This document shows, piece by piece, positions 19,593 to 27,719 of a stretch of 64,000 bases of DNA; position 1 is the first letter of the stretch, and each line of letters opens with the position of its first letter. Made by a program: the position numbers and the translations under genes. The notes under the pieces are model-generated. The model searched no databases. It was given only the letters and a program-made list of their open reading frames with translations, and was not told the DNA's origin. The stretch covers positions 31,924 to 95,923 of the forward strand of contig CAYYSU010000002.1 of NCBI GenBank assembly GCA_964474455.1, given 5' to 3'. The DNA is from an uncultured Bacteroidales bacterium (lineage in GTDB: Bacteria > Bacteroidota > Bacteroidia > Bacteroidales > BM520).

Positions 19593-22040
19593 ATGAAAAC
19601 ATTTATATATAAGCTCACTCTTCTTTCTTTGCTATTCTTGGTTTCTGCCAGCTCTTTTAGCCAGGAATTGCCTCCTGAACTACGTAACTTCCTGATTCGT
19701 TTTGGCGAAGCCTCTTCACTGGGAGATTATGATCAGGATCTTATGATAACAAAAGTCAGTGAAAATGTAATGGATAACTACATAGAGTCCTTTGTCTCTC
19801 CTGAGGTGATGGTTTTTAATGATGTTTATCATAAAGGAAATGGAAACGAGTATGTCACAGTGCAGAAATACTGTGATCTTATTGCGGAGCATTATCCAGA
19901 GGGATTCCGTGCATTTGTATATAGCCCTGAGTTGAAAAAAGTAACACGCCGCAGTGGTAATATAATTTATGAACTTGAAGTTGATAAATATATAGATATT
20001 GATTTTGGTATGGATAACCCGCCGCATATCTATTTTGATCCATACTCAAAACTTAAGCTTACCGTGGTATATTCAAATGGTGAGTATAAAATTTTTATGA
20101 TTGAGCATCCTGATGGTGCCCTGTTATCACAATCCTGGATAAATAAAACCGTGCCTCAATCCATTGCCGTTGGTGGCGCAATTGGAAATGACGCATTTAA
20201 TATTGCTGAAACAGCAGCAGGATTTGAAGCTATAACCCACCAGAATGGACGCCTTGCCGCCGGGGGATTAACAGCTTACTGGGATGTTTTTGGTCGTAGG
20301 AAGTTTAAGATGGGACTCCTGGCAGGGCTGGAGTATCAGAAAGGTGCCGGTTCCCTTACAACTGATAATTATTCAGCTGTGGTGCCAATGATAGATATTG
20401 ATGATTATGCATATAACCGTATTATTACTGTTACGGATATTTCTCAGGAATACTCCTACAAAGCTATTTCCGTTCCTCTGGGGCTACACTTTGATTACTC
20501 TTTTGACCAGAAATGGAAGCCATTGGTGAGAAGTAGCAGGGAAGCAAAAAAGAGATTCCCGGTAAAAAGAGCTCTTTCACTGCAACTTAATGCAGGTTTA
20601 AAACTAAATTATATTAATACTTCTGCAGTTGATATGAATACGGGTACATATAGCTATGTCGGGGAATATGGTTTTTATAATCAAATTAACGGCGACACAA
20701 CCTATGTTACCATCTCTGATCTGCCTGAGTACGGTCTCTACAGCGATACAACTTTTAGTGTCGCGAATCTTGAAAGCAACATGAAAAAGTTTTATGTTGG
20801 AGGCTTTGCTTCTATCAATGTGAAGTATCCCATCACTACATGGTGTGAAGTCTTTGGCGGTGCTGTCATGAATTTCTCTTTGACACCGGTAAATTCACTC
20901 TCAAATACAGCATTCTTTACTACTGGAGTGGGAGAGAGCTCCAACCTAATGGCATTTCATGATGTGTCGATGCAAAGTATCGGTGTAAATGCAGGGTTGG
21001 TATTTAACCTAAAACCACCCAAACAACAGTACTATAAATATCCTGATTTTAGAGATCTTAAAATGTACGAAGCTACCGGTGGTCTGAAATATCGTGGCAG
21101 TAAGATGAAAGCGGAGATTACCGTTACCTCAGCTACAACATTCAGGCAAAAGCTAACTGCTGAGATGACCGGTGAGTGGCTGCAGAAACCGGAGAAGTAT
21201 AAATTTTCTGCCGGGAAGGCAAAAAAACTGAAACTGAAAATCCCTGCTGACGCTTCGATGAAATCAGGCGGTACTTTTTCAATTATTAAGCCTTTTGGAG
21301 TCGAAGTCACCAGCGTTAACTGCCCCGAAAAAAATGATGTTAATAGCCCGGTGATAGAATTTCCCCTCAATACAATACTCTCCTCCGAAGATTGTATCGT
21401 AAACCATAAGATGAACCTACAGGTAGAGAAACTCCCCAACTTCAACTTTGTATATGTTACCATGAAAGGCAGAGACGATGCCAGGGCACGTAAAGATCTT
21501 ACCGATGAACTTCGTAAAATATACCGCAAAGCGCGTTTTGAGAATGAAGAGATCCTGGTATATATAAGTACCGAGATTAACAGACCGGTTGTGTTTTGCA
21601 ATTTTGATGTCTCTAACCTGGATTATATCGAATATAAGGTCTTTGGAGCTGATGCATTTGATGAGTTTATTGATGAGGTAAAGAATAAGTATAATTCAGC
21701 CATTGGCGATAAGGACGATGATATTCATAATATAGAGACTGTTATTGGTGATAATTTTGCTATCTCTGAGAGAATGAATGCCTCCAGAAGATATGTAAAC
21801 TATTATTTCCTCCCTGTGGATGCACGATTTTATCGTGTTCAGGGATATATTGAAGAAGCTGATAATACTGTTATCCAGGAGCTTATCCTTGCTATCACGG
21901 ATAAATATTGTCTTGATGTTCCCGTTTCAAAAGATCAGTATAAGGTTTATGTTCATCTTCGTGCTGATCAATATGGTGAGATCTCTGTAGGAAACGGAAT
22001 TCCGGTGAATGAATGTAATAACATGATTATTTTATATTAA
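19593..22040 (+). CDS. protein with signal peptide, N-terminal globular domain, central OM beta-barrel-like region and ~340-aa C-terminal extension
   Basis: Signal peptide ending SSFSQ. Residues ~190-475 show barrel-like strands (LTAYWDVFGRRKFKMGLLAGLEYQ, LSLQLNAGLKLNYI, FYVGGFASINVKY, SIGVNAGLVFNL). The C-terminal part has beta-alpha-beta character (NFNFVYVTMKG...). Confidence 0.5.
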   Translation: MKTFIYKLTLLSLLFLVSASSFSQELPPELRNFLIRFGEASSLGDYDQDLMITKVSENVMDNYIESFVSPEVMVFNDVYHKGNGNEYVTVQKYCDLIAEHYPEGFRAFVYSPELKKVTRRSGNIIYELEVDKYIDIDFGMDNPPHIYFDPYSKLKLTVVYSNGEYKIFMIEHPDGALLSQSWINKTVPQSIAVGGAIGNDAFNIAETAAGFEAITHQNGRLAAGGLTAYWDVFGRRKFKMGLLAGLEYQKGAGSLTTDNYSAVVPMIDIDDYAYNRIITVTDISQEYSYKAISVPLGLHFDYSFDQKWKPLVRSSREAKKRFPVKRALSLQLNAGLKLNYINTSAVDMNTGTYSYVGEYGFYNQINGDTTYVTISDLPEYGLYSDTTFSVANLESNMKKFYVGGFASINVKYPITTWCEVFGGAVMNFSLTPVNSLSNTAFFTTGVGESSNLMAFHDVSMQSIGVNAGLVFNLKPPKQQYYKYPDFRDLKMYEATGGLKYRGSKMKAEITVTSATTFRQKLTAEMTGEWLQKPEKYKFSAGKAKKLKLKIPADASMKSGGTFSIIKPFGVEVTSVNCPEKNDVNSPVIEFPLNTILSSEDCIVNHKMNLQVEKLPNFNFVYVTMKGRDDARARKDLTDELRKIYRKARFENEEILVYISTEINRPVVFCNFDVSNLDYIEYKVFGADAFDEFIDEVKNKYNSAIGDKDDDIHNIETVIGDNFAISERMNASRRYVNYYFLPVDARFYRVQGYIEEADNTVIQELILAITDKYCLDVPVSKDQYKVYVHLRADQYGEISVGNGIPVNECNNMIILY

Positions 22041-22067
22041 AATATTTACATAAATACGACAGAATAT

Positions 22068-24575
22068 ATGAAAAGTGTTAGAGTTGCTATGTTTTGCTTA
22101 ATGAGTCTGGTACTTATGGTACTACCGGACACAGCAAATGCACAGAATTATTTACGTACACCCTCTGTTGATAGCATTTTAAATCCGGCAGAGATTATAG
22201 GCCGTACCAATTATCACCGAGGTGGTACCGAATGGATCGTTTTTTCAGATAGAGATAACAACCCTGTATATTCATCATCTTCCGGTGGTGCCATAAGCGC
22301 CAGAATGCCTTTTATGAAGATGTTTAAGGTGAAAGATGAGACTGCCGATTACCTGCTCGTGTCGGATGCAAAAAGCAATAGCGAAATCGGATGGATGAAA
22401 AAAGAGAACCTGTCGATGCTCTCTCGGTGTGTTAGAAAACCCAACAGAGTGGCAAAGAAGGCCATGATTATCAATACTCTTAAAAATATTGACCAGGGTG
22501 ATAATACCCGTGATTTTTATAAGGATCCGAATCTTACTCGTCCCAATACCGAAGGTGATAACATAAATGTTTACACTATTTGTTATGTTTATAAAGAGAC
22601 AGACAGTACAGTGCTTCTGGGACGCCGTGAGGATTGTTCCACCGACGTGGAGGCGTACTTCCAGGATCAGATCTTTGGATGGATTCACAGGAAATACCTT
22701 ACCGCATGGGATAGCCGTGGTTGTCTACAGCCCAACTATAATGAAGTTCCGGCGAACTATCGGCGGGAAAAGAAATCTCCGGCAGTACTGTTCGATGATA
22801 TTAACTGGGCCACCAATTATAAAGATAAAGTCTCTTTCGCAACCCTGGAGAACCAGGCGCGATCATTGGAGGATAATCCCATCGTTTGGCAGGATGATGA
22901 CTACAAAACACGACCCTGGAATCCTTCAAAATTCCGTTTGCCATTTCTAAGCAGTACCTCAACAAGTGGTGTTATAAAAGTTGGAGTGCTTGGCGATATC
23001 AAAGATGAATCAGGACGCGCGATGATGGAACTGATAGAGAAAATGCGTGATGAATACACCTCTTCTTCTATTAATAACCTTAACGTGGTATTTGTTATTG
23101 ATGGTACATATAGTATGAAATCATACTTCCCTGCTGTTGTGGAGGCCATAGAGCAGAGTGCCAACAGAATTAACGCTAACCCTAAGTATTCTGACCCTGA
23201 TAACCCGAACAGAATTATTGTAAACTGGGGTTCTGTGGTATACCGCGACGCTGCAGAGGATGATAATGCCCTGGAAACGTTTAACCTGACACAAAATTAC
23301 CGAGACCTTGCAAAATGGCTGGGATCGGCATTCTCCGATGCTAAAAATGCCAATGATCTTGATGTTTGTGAAGCTGTTTATTATGGCCTTTACAATGCAC
23401 TGGAAGATGTTCTTGCAGAAAAAGAAGAGGAGAACAACCTTATTATTCTTATCGGAGATGCCGGTGATCATCAAAGAGGTGATGATGACTGGACTCATAT
23501 CTATGCTCATGAAATTATTGAGAGCATGGTGAACCTTAACACTCACTTTATTGCCTACCAAACACACTATAAAGATCCGGCAAAAACAGGTGTTAAAGGT
23601 GACAGCTCATATACTGATTTTGTTGAACAGATGAAGCATATCAGCGAGCAGTCGGCTAAAATGATCTATACCCAATCAAGACCTAATGTAAATGAGTCTG
23701 AAATATTTTTAAAGAATAATTCATTAAGCCAACTTTTTGAGTTGAATAAGAATATCCTTGCCAATAAAGTGCTATATAATACCGGTTCGGATATGAGTGA
23801 GAGCATTCTTACAAAGAATATCAACGCCAGTATTGATAAATCTGCTGAAAGTACCTCGATTTTTATGTCTATGATATACGATGTGCTTTATGGAGGTAAG
23901 TCAATAGATGAAATTAGTGTTAAGTATGGTTTCGATCCAAACGATCTTGATATGGCAGAATTTCGCGGGTTATCATATATCATCGAACAGATAGCCGAGA
24001 TTGAAGGCCTTTCGCCCGATTCTGACGAATTCCAGGAGAAGCTTAGCTTTATGCTTAGTAAAAAGGTGCAGCTCTATTTCGAGGGTTATGCTCCCATAAA
24101 ATCTAAAGATTCAAAATACTCTTTGTGGGCCTTTGATGTATTAGCATCATCTTCTGCCAAGAAACAACTTGTTCGTGACCTAAGGCGAGTGGAAAAAGCA
24201 TTCCAAAGTGGTGGTTCTGATAACAGAAAACAGCGAAAATTAGTAACTTCAACCCTTACCGACCTGGCACGAATATACTCCGGTGATAAAGGTGATGATC
24301 TTCAGGAAATGAAAATAGGAACCCTTTTCGAGTCTATTATTGACTGTCCGGGACTACAATTCTCAAGAAAATACTCTGATGTATTAAATATGCGAATTAA
24401 AGATGTGGAAGTTGAAAACCGATGCTCCGTTACTGAGCTGAAAGTTATTTATAGAGCCGTAAAAGCAGCTCGTACATCCCTGCAGGGTGTCTCCTTTGAG
24501 GGATATGGTACCAGGGCATTTAATACATTTACAGCATACTGGATTCCCATTGATAAGTTTCCTTTTATGAAATAA
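22068..24575 (+). CDS. secreted von Willebrand factor A (vWA) domain protein
   Basis: Signal peptide ending TANAQ. vWA core LNVVFVIDGTYSMKSYF ... NLIILIGDAGDH at ~23079-23570, with a DxTxS variant of MIDAS. There are possibly SH3-like modules at the N-terminus. The C-terminal ~330 aa have no motif I recognise. Confidence 0.7.
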   Translation: MKSVRVAMFCLMSLVLMVLPDTANAQNYLRTPSVDSILNPAEIIGRTNYHRGGTEWIVFSDRDNNPVYSSSSGGAISARMPFMKMFKVKDETADYLLVSDAKSNSEIGWMKKENLSMLSRCVRKPNRVAKKAMIINTLKNIDQGDNTRDFYKDPNLTRPNTEGDNINVYTICYVYKETDSTVLLGRREDCSTDVEAYFQDQIFGWIHRKYLTAWDSRGCLQPNYNEVPANYRREKKSPAVLFDDINWATNYKDKVSFATLENQARSLEDNPIVWQDDDYKTRPWNPSKFRLPFLSSTSTSGVIKVGVLGDIKDESGRAMMELIEKMRDEYTSSSINNLNVVFVIDGTYSMKSYFPAVVEAIEQSANRINANPKYSDPDNPNRIIVNWGSVVYRDAAEDDNALETFNLTQNYRDLAKWLGSAFSDAKNANDLDVCEAVYYGLYNALEDVLAEKEEENNLIILIGDAGDHQRGDDDWTHIYAHEIIESMVNLNTHFIAYQTHYKDPAKTGVKGDSSYTDFVEQMKHISEQSAKMIYTQSRPNVNESEIFLKNNSLSQLFELNKNILANKVLYNTGSDMSESILTKNINASIDKSAESTSIFMSMIYDVLYGGKSIDEISVKYGFDPNDLDMAEFRGLSYIIEQIAEIEGLSPDSDEFQEKLSFMLSKKVQLYFEGYAPIKSKDSKYSLWAFDVLASSSAKKQLVRDLRRVEKAFQSGGSDNRKQRKLVTSTLTDLARIYSGDKGDDLQEMKIGTLFESIIDCPGLQFSRKYSDVLNMRIKDVEVENRCSVTELKVIYRAVKAARTSLQGVSFEGYGTRAFNTFTAYWIPIDKFPFMK

Positions 24576-24610
24576 GAAACAAACAAAGCATTAAGACAAT
24601 ATATACCAAC

Positions 24611-27600
24611 ATGAGCGTAATTGAAATTAAAAACTCATCTTTTGCCTATAAAGACAAAGGGACGGAAAATGAACGGAAAGTTCTGTCAATAGATGAGTTA
24701 GCAATCAACTCCGGAGAGATAACATTTATTGTTGGTGTTTCCGGTGCCGGAAAGAGTACCATGCTCGAGACCATTGGACTTATGAATGACACCTTCCCCT
24801 CGGATATGAATCAGGGTATGAGTATCAAGTTTAATGTGTATAACAGCGCTACAGGAGAGATAGAAGCCAGGGATATCACAAACCCCAACATCTGGGATGA
24901 AACGACTGAGAATGTTGCCATCCGTGAGAAAATACGCAAGGATAACTACAGCTTTATATTCCAGAATACCAACCTGATGCCCAACTTCTCCGCATTGGAG
25001 AATGTGTGTATCACGGATATGCTAAACGGTCATAGTTTTGAAGAAGCATATTTGAAGGCTCTGCTGATATTCCGTACCCTTGGTTTGGGAGATTTGGACC
25101 TTGACATCAGCCCACAGAATGTTAGTGGAGGCCAACGTCAGCGTATCGCTTTCGCCAGAGCACTTATCCCTGAATACCGAGTGCTTTTCGGTGATGAGCC
25201 TACCGGTAACCTCGACAGAAAAACATCCCTTGAGGTTATGGGTATTCTGCATAATTATATTAAATCAACCCAGTCGGAAGAGATAAAAACAGGTACTGTT
25301 ATCGTTTCACACGATCTGGATCTGGCAGTGAAATATGCTGACAGGATTATTGTTATTACGAAAATTGACGGAAAAGGTACTATCCACCCGGAGCATATCT
25401 TCGTAAATACCGATGACGACGACCTCATACATAAAGAGTATGATTTTAAATCGTCAGTGCGCCATGCATTTGATATGGAAAATACGGTAGATAATATTAT
25501 TGCCCTGAGACAGGAAATAATGAATGAACTCAATGAACAAAGAGTGAATTCAAAAGGTAATTATCAGTCCCGTAAATATATCACTGTTAATGACTACCTC
25601 GAGGCGTTTTTATCTGAAATAAAAAACCCTGCGATATGTAAGGGCATCTTTAATGAGCAATTTATCATATACCTTGAGAACCTATTGAAGGATGAAAAAA
25701 AAGTTTCCGCGCCCGTTGTTAAAGAAGCTGTTAATAAAAATACTGAACAGCACAAAGGTGCGTGCCATAACTGGACAACACCTTATGGTGATAATCATCA
25801 TGACAAATATACAAGGAGAGAAGTCCTGAAAAAAATAGAGAAACTCTTAGCTGTTGATAAGGATTATACCGATGAACAAAGGGCCGCTGCATTAAGGGAA
25901 AAGATAAAGGATGCTGAATTTGTGGAATCAAAGAAAGGATTTAAAGATGTTCTTTACAGGTTTTTCCTATGGCTAACGCGCCGAATCCCTGACAAAACCG
26001 GATTATATCCTGAATTTACAAAGCTCTTCTATGAAAAAGAGAGTATTGAGCTACTGGGGTATCACAGCCGTTTACGGAACTTCTGGACTGTGTTTATCAT
26101 TATGCTGGTGACTTTTCTGGCTATTGGATTTGCTAATGGTAGTTTAATATATCTCGGGGATAAAATGAAGGATCCATTTGTTAAATCAATGAACGTGGCT
26201 GTTCAGCATGACAGGCAGAGCGATGTTGATTTGCTGATTGAAACACTCAACAATGACACCGTCGCGTTACAAACCTACGGGGTTAATAAAGCTACTGGTT
26301 TTACTCTTTTTCCTCTTGAATTCAGAAAAAACAATGGTAAACTTACCATGCTCACAGGTAGAACCATGAATGAAGATGATCCCATTCTGAAGGAGTTGCT
26401 CAAGGGATCGAATGTAATTACAGGAGAGACTAAAGGATTCCGATCTTACAATGATGACGGTATAATAATATCAGAAAAGATGCTTCTGGATCTGGGCCTT
26501 AATGCAGATACGAAATTTATCCCTGTTCATGTGATGGAGTCAGAGGATGTTTCTGCTGATATACCAATTCCTGTAAGAGCTGTCCTGAGGCGATTACCAG
26601 GGGATCTTGATGACGAGATATCTTTCCTTATCACTGGGTTCCTTCATGCAAACCTGGTGCTGCCGATTACGGAAACTAATATCCCTTATTCGCCCGACAA
26701 CACCAAGAGCCTGGAGATTTACCTTGACTCTCAGGACACCCTCGTGGCGGAAAATATGATGGAGACAGTTAAAACCTATCTTAACGACAATAACAGCAGA
26801 GTTTCTATCGATGGTGCGAATTTTCGAGTCCGGCAGCCCCGCCTTTTGAAATATAAAGTCGATTCATCCGCTTATGTACCTGGATACTCTATGAACATTG
26901 CCTTTATGGGACGTAAACCCTCTTATAACCAAATCGCTATGTTGTTTGATGATTTGGTGCAAATTACCAGCCTTAAAGAGCTTCCGGTGACCATGAAATA
27001 TACTGTTGATCATTATACACAGGAACAGGTGGCCAGAGCAGACAGAAGACTGGATCGTTTAACAATTCATTTTGATAAACTAAACCATATTCAATCTTTT
27101 GAAGATGAATATATTAAACCTAAATATCCGTATATAAATCTGGATATGGCGAAAATTGAGTCTCTCAAGAACTATAACTATATTACAAAACTTACCATGG
27201 GACTATCAATAATCCTGGTGATTTTAAGTGTATATAGTATTGCCAGCTTCCTGTCTAATGTATTTGAAAATCATCTTAATAAGATAAAGATGAATATTGG
27301 TACTCTGATGGCTTTTGGAACTGGTGGCTTGAAGCTTATTTATCGACGATTGATGATGGTATACCTGTTTATCCCACTTACATTCTCATTAATAATAGCT
27401 TCATTACTGGGATACCTTGGGCTTATAAGGCTTATTATGTCATGCCTGATAAGGGATCTTGACAAAGGACTCTTCTTTAACCTTTGGTCTTTTGGCAATC
27501 CGCCGGCAACAATGCCTTTGATAATTACTATTTTGGCTGTGTTCTCAATAGTTCTTGTGACACTCCAGCGTTACAAGAAGATTATTCACAGTCTATTGCA

Positions 27601-27640
27601 GAAGACACCCGGAGATCTTATCTTTGGAAGAGACTCCTAA
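24611..27640 (+). CDS. MacB-type (type VII) ABC transporter, fused ATPase-permease with long cytoplasmic insert
   Basis: Walker A GVSGAGKST, Q-loop FIFQNTNLMP, signature VSGGQRQRIAFARAL, Walker B LFGDEPTGNLD, H-loop VSHDL. TM1 lies at ~26081, followed by a ~345-aa extracytoplasmic domain. The C-terminus is a 3-TM FtsX module (NIGTLMAFGTGGLKLI). Confidence 0.8.
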   Translation: MSVIEIKNSSFAYKDKGTENERKVLSIDELAINSGEITFIVGVSGAGKSTMLETIGLMNDTFPSDMNQGMSIKFNVYNSATGEIEARDITNPNIWDETTENVAIREKIRKDNYSFIFQNTNLMPNFSALENVCITDMLNGHSFEEAYLKALLIFRTLGLGDLDLDISPQNVSGGQRQRIAFARALIPEYRVLFGDEPTGNLDRKTSLEVMGILHNYIKSTQSEEIKTGTVIVSHDLDLAVKYADRIIVITKIDGKGTIHPEHIFVNTDDDDLIHKEYDFKSSVRHAFDMENTVDNIIALRQEIMNELNEQRVNSKGNYQSRKYITVNDYLEAFLSEIKNPAICKGIFNEQFIIYLENLLKDEKKVSAPVVKEAVNKNTEQHKGACHNWTTPYGDNHHDKYTRREVLKKIEKLLAVDKDYTDEQRAAALREKIKDAEFVESKKGFKDVLYRFFLWLTRRIPDKTGLYPEFTKLFYEKESIELLGYHSRLRNFWTVFIIMLVTFLAIGFANGSLIYLGDKMKDPFVKSMNVAVQHDRQSDVDLLIETLNNDTVALQTYGVNKATGFTLFPLEFRKNNGKLTMLTGRTMNEDDPILKELLKGSNVITGETKGFRSYNDDGIIISEKMLLDLGLNADTKFIPVHVMESEDVSADIPIPVRAVLRRLPGDLDDEISFLITGFLHANLVLPITETNIPYSPDNTKSLEIYLDSQDTLVAENMMETVKTYLNDNNSRVSIDGANFRVRQPRLLKYKVDSSAYVPGYSMNIAFMGRKPSYNQIAMLFDDLVQITSLKELPVTMKYTVDHYTQEQVARADRRLDRLTIHFDKLNHIQSFEDEYIKPKYPYINLDMAKIESLKNYNYITKLTMGLSIILVILSVYSIASFLSNVFENHLNKIKMNIGTLMAFGTGGLKLIYRRLMMVYLFIPLTFSLIIASLLGYLGLIRLIMSCLIRDLDKGLFFNLWSFGNPPATMPLIITILAVFSIVLVTLQRYKKIIHSLLQKTPGDLIFGRDS

Positions 27641-27648
27641 AAACATAC

Positions 27649-27680
27649 AAAAGGCAGCCCCACCACAGGTTGCCTTTTTT
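27649..27680 (+). terminator. intrinsic terminator / attenuator-like hairpin between the ABC gene and the TGase-like gene
   Basis: AAAAGGCAGCC-N8-GGTTGCCTTTT (11 bp including 1 G-U) running into a T6 tract, 9 nt after the ABC stop. Confidence 0.5.
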
Positions 27681-27719
27681 GTCGCTTGCCGACCTGACAT
27701 CTTTTTTTATCTTTGTGAT

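Noticed and set aside
21032-21601. 189-aa antisense ORF inside the 815-aa gene
   Set aside because: Same reasoning: it is embedded antisense in a coherent operon ORF, with Ser/Leu-rich low complexity.
17375-25702. A/T homopolymers of 8 within locus CDSs (T8 at 17375-17382 and A8 at 25695-25702) as phase-variation tracts
   Set aside because: A/T runs of this length occur repeatedly across this AT-leaning window, including in housekeeping genes and terminators. Only the G7 tract is reported as a finding.
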